Assembly: GCF_000195755.1 (NCBI RefSeq)
Contig: NC_002937.3
Location: 1,440,001 to 1,472,000, forward strand
Origin: Nitratidesulfovibrio vulgaris str. Hildenborough
GTDB lineage: Bacteria; Desulfobacterota; Desulfovibrionia; Desulfovibrionales; Desulfovibrionaceae
Direction: 5' to 3'
Length of the DNA: 32,000 bases
The notes below the pieces were generated by a model. The model ran no database searches. It saw only the letters and a list, made by a program, of their open reading frames with translations, and was not told the DNA's origin. Position numbers and translations under genes: made by a program. Shown piece by piece: positions 1 to 9,379 of the stretch (the stretch's first letter is position 1; every line of letters begins with the position of its first letter).

Positions 1-1050
1 GGTGCGCAGGACGTCAAGTTCGGAGCGCACTGCGGCAAGGGCCTCGGGGGCATCGAGCCATGCTGCGGCGTGCTGTGCGATGACAGGGCCGGTGGCCTTC
101 TCCTGAAGGAGTTCAGGGAAGACCTCGCGGTCGAGAACGAGATTGGGCAAGGCGGCGAAGCGCACTTTTACCAGTTTGCGGCCAAGCCAGTAGCTGAAGG
201 GCGAGACCTTGTAGGTGACGAGGGTGGGGGTGCCGATGAGTGCCGTCTCAAGGGTGGCGGTGCCGGATGCTGCGATGAGCATCTGGCACGAGCGCACGGC
301 GTGGTAGCGGTCTTCGGGGGCCACGATGTGCAGGGGGATGTCCTGTGGCCATAGGGCGCGCAGGGCCGCTTCCGTGGTGGAGGGGGCGCGCATGCAGTGG
401 AATTCGAGACCGGGACGGTGTTCGAGCATGAGCCGCGCCGCGTCGCCGAATGCAGGCATCAGCGACTCCACTTCCTTGCGACGGCTGCCTGGCATGAGGC
501 CGATGCGCCCCGCGACGGGTGCGATGGCGGCAAGTGCGGGCCAATCCACCATGTCGACCAGCGGGTTTCCCACATAGTCGACCTCCATGCCGTGGCGGCG
601 GTAGAAATCCACCTCGAAGGGCAGGATGGAGAGCATGCGCCGCACATGACGTTTGATGAACTGCACCCTTCCGGTGCGCCACGCCCATATCTTGGGGCTG
701 ATATAGTAGTAGACGGGAATGCCGAGGTCGGTCGCCGCCTTCGCCACACGGAAGTTGAATTCCGGGGCATCGATGAGCACGACGGCGTCAGGGCGGGTAC
801 GGGCGAGTTCGGCGCGTATGTCGCGCAGCATGGAGAAGATGCGCGGCAGGTAGGCGATGACCTCGGTGATGCCCATCACCGAGAGGTCTTCCACGCGCAG
901 CATGGCCTGTTGTCCCGCCGCCCGCAGATAGGGGCCACCCATGCCGGTACACGAGAGGTCCGGGGCGAGGGCGCGCAAGGCCTCAAGCAGGGCGGCCCCG
1001 TGCATGTCGCCCGAAAGTTCACCGGTATTGATCCAGATGGAAGGGGGCAT
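1..1050 (-). CDS. lpxB: lipid-A-disaccharide synthase, partial (C-terminus runs off the left edge)
   Basis: The ORF track omits it because it has no in-window stop. My reverse-complement translation from ATG 1050 reads MPPSIWINTGELSGDMHGAALLEALR...RIGLMPGSRRKEVE...IAASGTATLETALIGTPTLV...FPELLQEKATGP. It stays open to base 1 (350 codons). The motifs are typical of LpxB (GT19). Confidence 0.85.
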   Translation of the reverse strand, partial: MPPSIWINTGELSGDMHGAALLEALRALAPDLSCTGMGGPYLRAAGQQAMLRVEDLSVMGITEVIAYLPRIFSMLRDIRAELARTRPDAVVLIDAPEFNFRVAKAATDLGIPVYYYISPKIWAWRTGRVQFIKRHVRRMLSILPFEVDFYRRHGMEVDYVGNPLVDMVDWPALAAIAPVAGRIGLMPGSRRKEVESLMPAFGDAARLMLEHRPGLEFHCMRAPSTTEAALRALWPQDIPLHIVAPEDRYHAVRSCQMLIAASGTATLETALIGTPTLVTYKVSPFSYWLGRKLVKVRFAALPNLVLDREVFPELLQEKATGPVIAQHAAAWLDAPEALAAVRSELDVLRT

Positions 1051-1051
1051 G

Positions 1052-2020
1052 TCACGCGCTCCTGGCCGCTGCGGGAGACGTCCGGCGTGGGGTGAGACGC
1101 CCGATGACCGCCACGAAGAGAAGGGCGAAGAGCAGCCTGCCGCCCAATGTCGCGCTGATGTCCCCGCCGATGAGCACCATCAGCAGGGTGTCTTCGATGA
1201 GCGCGTGGGCGAGTCCCATGAGGGTGATGGAACAGAAGACGTCGTGTCTGTCGAGCGTTCCCTTGTTCACTTCGCGGATGATGAGGCCGCTGCCGTAGAT
1301 GATGCCCATGCACATGCCCACCACGGTGATGGTGGCGGCGTTGGGGCCGATGCCCAGCAGGCGCAGTACGGGGCGCAGCGCGGCGTTGAGCAGCGGGGTG
1401 ACGTCGAAATGGTCGAGGGCCCGCTTGAACAGCATCAGCGCGAAGATGACCCAGAACAGCGAGAAGAGGTTGCGCAGTTCGTTCAGCCCCCACGGCACCA
1501 GCCCCGGTTCGACACGGCGGGGTTCCCACAGCATGGTGGCAGGGTCGGCAAGCCAGCCTGTGGCGGAGTACACCCTGTGCAGGACGAAGCCGCAGACGAT
1601 GGCGCAGACGATGCGGATGGCGAGTTGCGGCATCATGCGTACGCCGCATTGCTGCGCGATGCGCCCTTCGACAGGCAGGCTGTGGGCGATGAGCATCATG
1701 GTGGCGAACACGGTCGCCTGTGCGCCGGAAAGCGGTTCCATGGAGGTCATCAACGAGGCGAACACCAGCAGCCCGCTGTAGATGTTGACAGCCATGCCGG
1801 TGGCCCATGCAAGGCCGAGGTCCGGCGGCAGACCCACAAGGCGCATCACGGGTTCGAGGGGCAGTGCGAGGTAGCGGATGAGGTCGAGCTCAGCCAGTAT
1901 CTTGACCGTGATGATGATGGGTACCATGACCCTGAACAGGCCAAGGCTCACATGGATGGCGTCACGGAACGAACCGGTCGCCGCGCCGAGAACACGGGAG
2001 AGAAGCGGGGGCAGGGGCAT
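1052..2020 (-). CDS. nucleoside-recognition (Gate) domain integral membrane protein
   Basis: 322-aa ORF. It is polytopic and hydrophobic (GLAWATGMAVNIYSGL, ITVVGMCMGIIYGSGL) and resembles Gate / FeoB-C-like domain proteins. Its stop abuts the lpxB start (1052 versus 1050), so the two are probably co-transcribed. Confidence 0.6.
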   Translation of the reverse strand: MPLPPLLSRVLGAATGSFRDAIHVSLGLFRVMVPIIITVKILAELDLIRYLALPLEPVMRLVGLPPDLGLAWATGMAVNIYSGLLVFASLMTSMEPLSGAQATVFATMMLIAHSLPVEGRIAQQCGVRMMPQLAIRIVCAIVCGFVLHRVYSATGWLADPATMLWEPRRVEPGLVPWGLNELRNLFSLFWVIFALMLFKRALDHFDVTPLLNAALRPVLRLLGIGPNAATITVVGMCMGIIYGSGLIIREVNKGTLDRHDVFCSITLMGLAHALIEDTLLMVLIGGDISATLGGRLLFALLFVAVIGRLTPRRTSPAAARSA

Positions 2021-2047
2021 GGCACGGGGGTGCGGCGTTGCCGCGGG

Positions 2048-2923
2048 TCAGTTCCCGGAGGGGATGCAATCCTTGTAGATGTAGTCCCGCAAGGCCTGTG
2101 GCCATGGGCGGGGGACGATGCCGGTGACTTCTGTGAAACGTGACGTGTCGAGTACGGAGTAGGCAGGGCGGGCGGCCTTCTGAGGCCAGTCCTTGGAAGT
2201 GATGGCGTGCACCTTGCAGTGCAGGCCCGCCAGATGCACGGCTTCGGAGGCCAGTTCGCACCAGCTTGCCTGCCCTGCGTTGACCACATGGAAAAGACCC
2301 GTTGCCCGCAATTCGGCAAGGCGTACACAACCGGCGGCAAGGTCCACCGTGTAGGTCGGCGACCCCGTCTGGTCGTGCACCACCTGTATGTCGTCCTTGG
2401 CGGCGCACAGTCCCAGAATGGTCTGAACGAAGTTGCGTCTGCCGGGACCGAACAGCCATGCGGTGCGGACGACGCAGCAGTTGTCGGGGGCGATGGACAG
2501 GAGGGCGGTTTCGCCAGCCAGTTTGGTCGCCCCGTAGACTGAAGCCGGGTCGGGGGTGTCGTCGGTGGAGTAGGGCGTCGTCTTGCGTCCGTTGAACACG
2601 AAGTCGGTGCTCAGATGCACAAGGTGCATGCCGGTACCACGAACGATGCGTCCAAGAGAGGCGGGCAGCGCCCGGTTCAGTTGGGCGGCTTCCTGCTCAT
2701 GCTCTTCTGCAAGGTCGACCTGCGTCCACGCCACGGTGTTGAAGACCGCTTGTGGCGAAGCCTTGTCGATGAAGTCGGCCAGGCGTTCTGCGTCAAGGAC
2801 GTCGACATCGTCGCGTCCGACGGGCACGGCATCCCAGCCGCCGTTTCGCAACGCAAGCACGAGGGACTGCCCCAGAAGCCCGGTGCGTCCCCCCAGTACG
2901 ACCGCACGCGGCCGCGCGGTCAT
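2048..2923 (-). CDS. rfbD: dTDP-4-dehydrorhamnose reductase
   Basis: MTARPRAVVLGGRTGLLGQSL...STDFVFNG...YGATKLAGE is RmlD-like, with the GxxGxxG and YxxxK motifs. I chose the internal ATG at 2923 because it makes an ATGA overlap with the rfbB stop (2920-2922). The track ORF extends to 2989. Confidence 0.85.
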   Translation of the reverse strand: MTARPRAVVLGGRTGLLGQSLVLALRNGGWDAVPVGRDDVDVLDAERLADFIDKASPQAVFNTVAWTQVDLAEEHEQEAAQLNRALPASLGRIVRGTGMHLVHLSTDFVFNGRKTTPYSTDDTPDPASVYGATKLAGETALLSIAPDNCCVVRTAWLFGPGRRNFVQTILGLCAAKDDIQVVHDQTGSPTYTVDLAAGCVRLAELRATGLFHVVNAGQASWCELASEAVHLAGLHCKVHAITSKDWPQKAARPAYSVLDTSRFTEVTGIVPRPWPQALRDYIYKDCIPSGN

Positions 2924-3942
2924 CGTCTGTCTCCATACCAGCGGTCCATGAATTCCCTGTACGCTCCGGATTCCACACTGGCAAGCCACGCATCGTTGGC
3001 GCGGTACCAGTCTACGGTGGCAGCAAGGCCGTTTTCGAAGCTGTGTTCAGGGGCGTAGCCAAGTTCACGGGCAGCAAGGGTGAAGTCCATGGCGTAGCGC
3101 CTGTCGTGCCCCGGTCTGTCCTTCACGAAGCGTATGAGTTCCTCGGAGCGCCCGGTCAGCTTCAGTATCAGGCGCACGACGTCAAGGTTCGTCCTTTCGG
3201 AGGCACCCCCGAAGTTGTAGACCCCGCCGGGGCGTCCCTTCTCCAGCGCCAGCAAAACACCCCGGCAATGGTCTTCGACATGTATCCAGTCGCGGACATT
3301 GCCGCCGTCGCCGTATACGGGTAGCGGTTCGCCCGCTGTCGCCTTGCGGTACATGAGCGGAATGAGCTTCTCGGGAAACTGGTAGGGCCCGTAGTTGTTG
3401 GAACAGCGGGTGGTCACGGTGTCGAGGCCGTAGGTCTCGTGAAAGGCGCGCACCATGAGGTCTGCCCCCGCCTTCGAGGCGGAGTAGGGGCTGTTGGGCG
3501 CAAGGGGGGTGTCTTCCCTGAACAGTCCTTCAGGGCCGAGGGTCCCATAGACTTCGTCTGTGGATATGTGGACGAAACGGGGTATTCCCCTGTCGAGGGC
3601 CGCCTGAAGCAGGACTTGCGTACCCAGCACGTTGGTCGTGATGAAGGGCGTCGAGTCGTTGATGGAGCGGTCGACATGGGTCTCGGCGGCGAAGTTGACG
3701 ATGGCGTCTATGGCATGGCGTTCGAGAATGTCGCGCACTCGTCCGGCGTCGGCGATGTCGCCATGTTCGAAACTGTAGCGGTTGCCGCCGTGTTCACCTT
3801 CGATGTCGGTGAGGTTGGCGGGGTTGCCCGCGTAGGTGAGCTTGTCGAAGTTGACGACCGAGACTTCAGGGCGGACGGCGAGCACGTGCCGGATGAAATT
3901 GGTGCCGATGAAGCCGCAGCCGCCGGTGACGAGAAGACGCAT
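2920..3942 (-). CDS. rfbB: dTDP-glucose 4,6-dehydratase
   Basis: MRLLVTGGCGFIGTNFIRHVL...STDEVYG...YSASKAGADLMV...RPGHDRRYAMD is the classic RmlB signature. The track ORF (2920..4620, 566 aa) carries a long Arg/Ser-rich N-terminal extension that I regard as non-coding. The real ATG is at 3942. Confidence 0.9.
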   Translation of the reverse strand: MRLLVTGGCGFIGTNFIRHVLAVRPEVSVVNFDKLTYAGNPANLTDIEGEHGGNRYSFEHGDIADAGRVRDILERHAIDAIVNFAAETHVDRSINDSTPFITTNVLGTQVLLQAALDRGIPRFVHISTDEVYGTLGPEGLFREDTPLAPNSPYSASKAGADLMVRAFHETYGLDTVTTRCSNNYGPYQFPEKLIPLMYRKATAGEPLPVYGDGGNVRDWIHVEDHCRGVLLALEKGRPGGVYNFGGASERTNLDVVRLILKLTGRSEELIRFVKDRPGHDRRYAMDFTLAARELGYAPEHSFENGLAATVDWYRANDAWLASVESGAYREFMDRWYGDRR

Positions 3943-4186
3943 GAAAACTCCTGATGCATGGGTGTGATGAGCGATGATTCTACAGCCATGCATACCGCCG
4001 GTCAATGTGCGCGAGGGTGCGCATGGTGCAGAAATTACTTGCAGAATGTGAAGATGGTAGATAGCCTGTACAATCAGGCTGCGGACTTGCGCGCGCGTTT
4101 GCCCGCACGGTTTGCGGGCAGGGCTTGCTATGGTTCCGCCCCGTTGGGGTAGCCTCGATTCACTGAAACCGCAACAGCATCTTCCC

Positions 4187-4978
4187 ATGACCAAAAAGGG
4201 TATACTTCTCGCCGCGTTCGGTTCGGGCAACAGGCAGGGCGAATCGACGTTGCGTCTTTTCGACGAGCGCGTACGCGAACGGTTTCCGGGGGTTCCGGTT
4301 CGATGGGCCTTCACGTCCGTGATCATGCGCAGGCGTCTCGCAGCAGCCCGCAAGAAGACCGATTCGGTACTCAAGGCCCTGCAGAAGATGTGGTTCGAGA
4401 AATACACGCATGTGGCCGTGCAGTCGCTGCACATCATTCCCGGTGCCGAATACGGCGACCTCGTGGCTGATGTGGAGGCCATGCGCAGGGACGATGGCTT
4501 CACCGCTGCCACCGTGGGTGCCCCCCTCCTTGCCGGAAGCGGTGACATGGAACGCTCTGCCGCAGCGCTGCTGGCGCATCTGCCTGCCGGACGCAAGCCC
4601 GACGAGGCCGTGGTCTTCATGGGGCACGGAACGCGGCATCCTGCCGAATCCAGCTACGAAGCCCTTGCGGCGCTGGTGCGACGTGTCGACCCGCATGTGC
4701 ACATCGGCACCATGGGCGGTTCACGCACACTCGACCACATCCTTCCCGAGTTGCAGCAGGGCGGGGTGAAAGGGGTATGGCTCATGCCCCTGCTTTCTGT
4801 GGTGGGGCGTCATGCCACAGAGGACATGGCAGGCACCGACCCGGAATCGTGGAAGTCGCGGCTTGAGGCGTCAGGGCTTCGCTGTATTCCCGTGCTGCGT
4901 GGTACGGCGGAGTACGAGGGGTTCGTCGACATCTGGCTTGACCATCTGACGGCTGCGGTGTCGGCCCTCGACGACTGA
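4187..4978 (+). CDS. cbiK: sirohydrochlorin cobaltochelatase (anaerobic, CbiK type)
   Basis: MTKKGILLAAFGSGNRQGESTL...HVAVQSLHIIPGAEY...VVFMGHGTRHPAES...MPLLSVVGRHATEDM matches CbiK-family His-containing motifs. I chose ATG 4187. The track start at 4112 adds 25 residues that do not look conserved. Confidence 0.8.
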   Translation: MTKKGILLAAFGSGNRQGESTLRLFDERVRERFPGVPVRWAFTSVIMRRRLAAARKKTDSVLKALQKMWFEKYTHVAVQSLHIIPGAEYGDLVADVEAMRRDDGFTAATVGAPLLAGSGDMERSAAALLAHLPAGRKPDEAVVFMGHGTRHPAESSYEALAALVRRVDPHVHIGTMGGSRTLDHILPELQQGGVKGVWLMPLLSVVGRHATEDMAGTDPESWKSRLEASGLRCIPVLRGTAEYEGFVDIWLDHLTAAVSALDD

Positions 4979-5132
4979 CGGCATCGGTTGCGGCCTTTCC
5001 TTTCCAGTGTCTTTGCAGGTCGTGCGGCGCTTGGGCGCCACTTCCGGCTGGCATCCGGCAGCGGGCCTGCCGCTGGCGCTCCGGGGCAAAATCCGGTAGT
5101 CATTGCCGAAGTCCCGATTTCAAGCGGAGCAT

Positions 5133-6044
5133 ATGCCGATGCGTTTTCGTCATCTTTTGAACATGTTCGGCGCGGCGTTCGTCTGCGCCTGCACCCTGTC
5201 GTTCATCGCCCCTGACGTGTGCGAGGCCCGCCGCGTCGATGTGGGCTGGCAGGATTCCGGCCCCGTGAAGACCCGCGCACAGGCGCTGGGCGAGGCCTTC
5301 GCCCTTGCCGCCGTGGACGAGTCGCTCGACATCCTTCGGGTCTCGCTGCCCGAAGCCCGCCGTGTCGCCCTGCAGGAGTATCTTGCCGCCTCTTCCAGCG
5401 AATTCGTGCGCTCGTACCATGAAGAGGGCATGACACAGGTCGAGGGGGGCGGCTACCGGATGTCGGTCGAGGTCGACCTCAACCGGGAGCATCTCAAGGA
5501 AAGGTTGAAGCAGGCGGGCATCTACTACACGACCGATTCCGAGATTCCCTGCAATCTTCAGGTGTCTGGCGATGCCGATTCGCAGGCCCGCGTGAAGCGG
5601 CTGCAACTGGTGGCGGGCATCGTCACCCGGCCCGGGGCGTCCCTGCGTTGCGTCATCAAGCCGTCCGGCAAGGGCTGGTATGGTACTCTTGACGACGCTG
5701 GCGTGGCTTCGTCCGCATCTGGCGCCACAGCCGAAGAGGTATGGGCCAGACTCTGGCCCGACTATCTGGCACGGCGCACCATGCCCGCTACGGCATCCGG
5801 CACGCAGGAGGCCATCGTGCGGGTCTGGGGCTGGCTCACCCCTGATGGTACCGAGGTCTTCGACAAGACCTTGCGTGACTGGGACAGGGCCCTGACCGGG
5901 GCTGCACTGGCCGAAGTCTCCATGCGTCCTGACGGAATGGCGGGTGTCTGGCGGGTTCAGCTTGTGGACAGGGCGGAACTTGAGCGTCGGCTGGCCGAAT
6001 ACGCCACCCCGCGCAAGCTGCGCTTCGAGATTTCTGCGCCCTAG
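5133..6044 (+). CDS. hypothetical exported protein (N-terminal signal-like segment)
   Basis: ATG 5133 follows GGAG at 5125-5128. The N-terminus MPMRFRHLLNMFGAAFVCACTLSFIAPDVCEA looks like a signal peptide. I recognise no family. Codon third positions are G/C-rich, as in neighbouring genes. Confidence 0.6.
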   Translation: MPMRFRHLLNMFGAAFVCACTLSFIAPDVCEARRVDVGWQDSGPVKTRAQALGEAFALAAVDESLDILRVSLPEARRVALQEYLAASSSEFVRSYHEEGMTQVEGGGYRMSVEVDLNREHLKERLKQAGIYYTTDSEIPCNLQVSGDADSQARVKRLQLVAGIVTRPGASLRCVIKPSGKGWYGTLDDAGVASSASGATAEEVWARLWPDYLARRTMPATASGTQEAIVRVWGWLTPDGTEVFDKTLRDWDRALTGAALAEVSMRPDGMAGVWRVQLVDRAELERRLAEYATPRKLRFEISAP

Positions 6045-6051
6045 GGGCGTA

Positions 6052-6086
6052 AACAGAGAATCCCGGTCTTGCCGGGATTCTCTGTT
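6052..6086. terminator. bidirectional stem-loop between convergent genes
   Basis: Perfect 15-bp inverted repeat aacagagaatcccgg / ccgggattctctgtt with a 5-nt loop (tcttg). It lies between the stop of 5133..6044 (+) and the stop of tatA (-). Confidence 0.75.
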
Positions 6087-6106
6087 GTAAACGTCTGACG
6101 CGGCAG

Positions 6107-6304
6107 TTAGGCCTGCTTGTCGTCGTTCTTGTCTTTCTTGTCGGTCGGGGTGACGTCAATCTCGTCTGGTTCCGACGCGGCCCGCTTGAAGTTACGGATG
6201 GCCCGGCCAAGCCCCCCCCCGATCTCCGGGAGCTTGTTGGCTCCGAAGACGAGCAGGACGAGGACGAGGACGACCAGCAGTTCCTGAAAACCGATACCGA
6301 ACAT
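6107..6304 (-). CDS. tatA: twin-arginine translocase subunit TatA/E
   Basis: 65 aa: [42 protein letters not shown]... This is the canonical TatA TM helix, FG hinge and amphipathic helix. It forms the C-terminal end of a spurious 654-aa track ORF. The ATG is at 6302-6304 (complement). Confidence 0.9.
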
Positions 6305-6415
6305 GGCATGCCTCCGCGTTGTGTCTTGTCGCTGGCTATACACAGCGCCCAACGACAGGTCAAGGCGACGCGGAGCAGGCAAGGCCCCCGTAACACGGGG
6401 AAACAGGAGAATCAT

Positions 6416-8038
6416 ATGCGGCGCGTTATCATAGTCGGCAGCAGTCTGGCGGCGGCCAAGGTGGCTACACGCCTGAAGCGCAAGGATCCTTCCTCCGAGG
6501 TCAACATCATCGTTCCCGCGGTGGAGTCCGGACAGGAGTCGGTGAAGGACGGTGTTTTTTACAAGGCACGGGCCGAACGGCACGCCGTCGCCGAACTTCT
6601 TCGTTCGCGTGAGGTGGGTGTGGTAGAGGCTTCGGACCTGAGTGTCGATTTCGACGCTCGCGTCGTGTTGCCCACATCCAGCCGTGGCAGCCTGCCCATC
6701 CGCTACAATGTGCTGGTGCTCGAAGTGCAGGCACAGCCGCGCATCCCCAGGGTCTTGCGCGGTGCGCCCAACGTCATCGGCTGGCCGGGTGAAGGTGCCG
6801 CTACGCTCGATGCCATGCTCTCCACCACTGCCGAGGTGCGCGTCGTCGTTGTCGGGCAGGGGCAGGCTGCCATGGAGGCCCTGCGCCTTGTGGCCCGTTC
6901 CGGACAGGTGCCCGTATGGCTGCGCCTCGGCGATGTGGGCCCCGATATCCTTGACGGTGACACGTGGCGCATGGTCGAGCGTCTGGCTGCCAACGGCGGC
7001 GTCGAAGTCCACGACTGGAGTCACGTGCCCATGGAACGCATGGGGGCGCGGCCTGACGAACACGGCGGAGTGGCTGCGCTGGTGGCTGCCCTCGAAGGCG
7101 GCAACGACCTGCGCGTGGAGGGCGATGTCTTCATCTGGACGGCGCCCACTGTCGTGCAGCATCCCGTCGTCGCGCAGGAGGGTATCACACTCGACGCCCA
7201 CGGGCGTATCGAGGTCGACGGCAACCTCGCCACCGTGGAGGAGGGCGTGTACCTCATCGGAACCGGTGTCGCCATGGCTTGTGGCTGCGGTTCGGCACCT
7301 CTCCACGTGGGTGAGCACGACCTTGCGGGGCTTGCACGCGGTCTGGCCGACCATCTCGCGGGCGACGCCACGACGACCATGCCTCCCTGCACAGGGTTGG
7401 TGCACGCCGAAGGCCCCGGCTTTGCCGTGAGCCGTGCCGGTGTCACCCTCGAAGAAGCGGTGCGCCGTGGGCTGGAGGGCGAATTCGCCCTGTTGCCCCT
7501 TGAGGATGGCGGACTGCTCAAGCTGGTGGCCGATAAGGTTTCGCGTCAGGTGATCGGGTATCAGGCCACCGGGACGGGCGAATCGCTCGACCTGCTTGCG
7601 CCTTTGCTTTCTTTCGCAGTGGGCCGTTCTGCAACGGTGGACGAGCTTGCCGCATCCGACTGCCCCGGCCCTGTGGGCACAGTCGTGCGCAAGGTGGCTG
7701 GCATTCTCGCCAACAAGATGGAAGGGCGCTTCTACGGCATCACCGCCGATGAACTGCGTGCCTCCCGCGAGGCAGGGGCCGAGTTCTTTCTGCTCGACCT
7801 GCGTGCCATGCCCGAATGGCGCAACGGCCACATTCCCGGGGCCTACAACATCCCCCTGCCGCAGCTTGCCAAGCGTTTGCAGGACGAAGTGCCGCGCTTC
7901 ACGCCCATCGTACTCGTCAGCCGGACGTCCGACGCCGCGTGGAGTGTCGCATGCAAGCTCTTCGGGCTTGGTGCCACGGCCCTCTACGTGCTCGATGGCG
8001 GCATGCGTTGCTGGGACTACGAACTGGAGACGGCGTGA
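6416..8038 (+). CDS. pyridine nucleotide-disulfide oxidoreductase-like protein with C-terminal rhodanese-homology domain (CoADR-RHD architecture, degenerate active sites)
   Basis: ATG 6416 is preceded by AGGAGA (6405-6410). Key segments are [17 protein letters not shown] (atypical dinucleotide-binding loop), [13 protein letters not shown] (second Rossmann motif), and C-terminal [24 protein letters not shown]...[12 protein letters not shown]...LDGGMRCW (rhodanese fold with Ser in place of the catalytic Cys). Confidence 0.7.
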
Positions 8039-8484
8039 CGGCGAAGGTGACGCGCCTGCCGGGAGTCGCATGTCGCTTCTGGCTGACGGGGCGTTGCGCC
8101 TACGACGAGATGCTCAACCCCGGCCTTCACGATGCGTGGCGCTGCCCTGAAGAGCAGCGGCTGCTCGGCTACTATGACGGCTTCATCGAACGGGTCGACG
8201 TGTTCGACCTGCCGCCGGAAGAGGTTGCGGGCCTGTGGGCGCGCCGTATGGAGCGTTTTCCGCCCGTGGGAGCCCTGTGCGGCAACTACGAGGCGCAGGG
8301 TGATGAAGGCGCAGATGACGCCGCGGACGGAGACCTGCCCGATGCGGAAGGCGGAATGCACGATGTTCTGGTCGATTGCATCCGCTTCCGCGACGGGATA
8401 TGCCTTTTGCTGCTGCCCCCTTGCGAGGGTGTGTGCGAACGCTTCCGACGCGCAGACACCCCCGGAGACGGGCGAAACGGATAA
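8035..8484 (+). CDS. hypothetical 8-cysteine protein
   Basis: The in-frame GTG at 8035 overlaps the upstream TGA (GTGA). The next in-frame ATG is about 25 codons downstream, inside the first Cys block (YDEMLNPG), so the overlapping GTG is preferred. Product [26 protein letters not shown]... has Cys at 13, 21, 37, 82, 115, 123, 130 and 134, plus an acidic linker. Start choice is uncertain (GTG 8047 is also possible). Confidence 0.5.
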
Positions 8485-8496
8485 CCCAGGGATGTC

Positions 8497-9369
8497 ATGC
8501 TGAAGACCCATACTCGACGACTCGTCTATGTCCCGCACCTCCACCGCGAGAGTGCCCCGGCATGTCTGCCGCAGGTTGTGCAGTTCCTTTCCGTCGGCCT
8601 GACGGACAGGTCCGTTGCCGGAGAGTTGCTCCCCGACGGATTGCCCTACACACCGGCAGAGGCCCGTGCCTGCCTGCGCGACCTGCTCGAATACGGTCTT
8701 TCTGTGGGGCGTGAAGGCGACCTGTACGCCCTGACTGCCGCCGCCGATGACTCGCAAGCCGTCGCGGCGCGACGCGCCGAATCGAGGGCCCTGGCTCGCT
8801 TCGCCGATACGGGCGAGTCCGAAGCCGCGTCCTCCGCCGGTGAAGCGTTGCCCGGAGAGAGGCTTCGCAACGCGCAGAAGACGTTGCTTCTCGCCTCCTA
8901 TCTTGAGGAACGTGCCCGTGAACTGGATGCGCTTCAGGCCCGCTTTGCCGATGGGCGCAAAGGTCTGGCGCAGGTCATCGGCGTAGAGGACGGCGATGAC
9001 GACATCGACCTGCCCGCACTCGACGCCTTCACTCCCGACCTGCCCGGTAGCGGCATGGACGTGCTGCGTCCCTCATGGCGGGTGGTGCTCGACAATATGG
9101 CCTGCTTCCTGCCGGAAGACGCGGCACTCTTCACCTGCGACCATGTCATGCTTGCCGCCCTGGGTGACGCCGGGGTCGTTTTCGAGCCTGTCTCGGTCGA
9201 GACGCTGCGCCGCTTCGAGGGGCTCGATGCCGCACTCGCGCCCAAACTGGTGCAGGCGTGCGTTCCCCTGTGGCAGGCTCTAGGGCTTTCGGGGCCGCAG
9301 GCCGAGCGTCCGTGGCTTGACCGCGAGGCACTGTTCATCGGGTGCGCCGCCTGTCAGACCGGGGCCTAG
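8497..9369 (+). CDS. hypothetical protein (290 aa, no recognised domain)
   Basis: ATG 8497 lies 12 nt after the previous stop. Codon usage is consistent with neighbouring genes. There is an acidic central stretch (GVEDGDDDIDLPALDAF). I recognise no family. Confidence 0.55.
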   Translation: MLKTHTRRLVYVPHLHRESAPACLPQVVQFLSVGLTDRSVAGELLPDGLPYTPAEARACLRDLLEYGLSVGREGDLYALTAAADDSQAVAARRAESRALARFADTGESEAASSAGEALPGERLRNAQKTLLLASYLEERARELDALQARFADGRKGLAQVIGVEDGDDDIDLPALDAFTPDLPGSGMDVLRPSWRVVLDNMACFLPEDAALFTCDHVMLAALGDAGVVFEPVSVETLRRFEGLDAALAPKLVQACVPLWQALGLSGPQAERPWLDREALFIGCAACQTGA

Positions 9370-9379
9370 CGGGGGAGTC

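Noticed and set aside
397-2143. Several long plus-strand ORFs (397..1095, 941..2143) opposite lpxB and the Gate-domain gene
   Set aside because: Their composition is Arg/Gly/Asp/His-rich and unlike real proteins. The minus-strand products have clear family signatures.
3943-4186. Possible cobalamin riboswitch upstream of cbiK
   Set aside because: I looked for the conserved B12-box-like core and the GGUG...GCCACUG-type elements and found none. There is only a simple 8-bp hairpin (tgcccgca/tgcgggca, about 4100-4120). A covariance-model scan would settle it.
3943-4620. N-terminal 225-residue extension of the rfbB ORF (track ORF 2920..4620)
   Set aside because: The extension is Arg/Ser/Ala-rich and overlaps the clearly real cbiK gene on the other strand. 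The conserved RmlB N-terminus MRLLVTGGCGFIG begins at ATG 3942.
6107-8071. A 654-aa minus-strand ORF covering the whole flavoprotein-rhodanese gene in antisense
   Set aside because: Only its last 65 codons (tatA) look like a real protein. The rest is Arg/Gly/His/Pro-rich low-complexity sequence, which is typical of stop-free antisense frames in high-GC DNA. The plus-strand gene has recognisable domains and an RBS.
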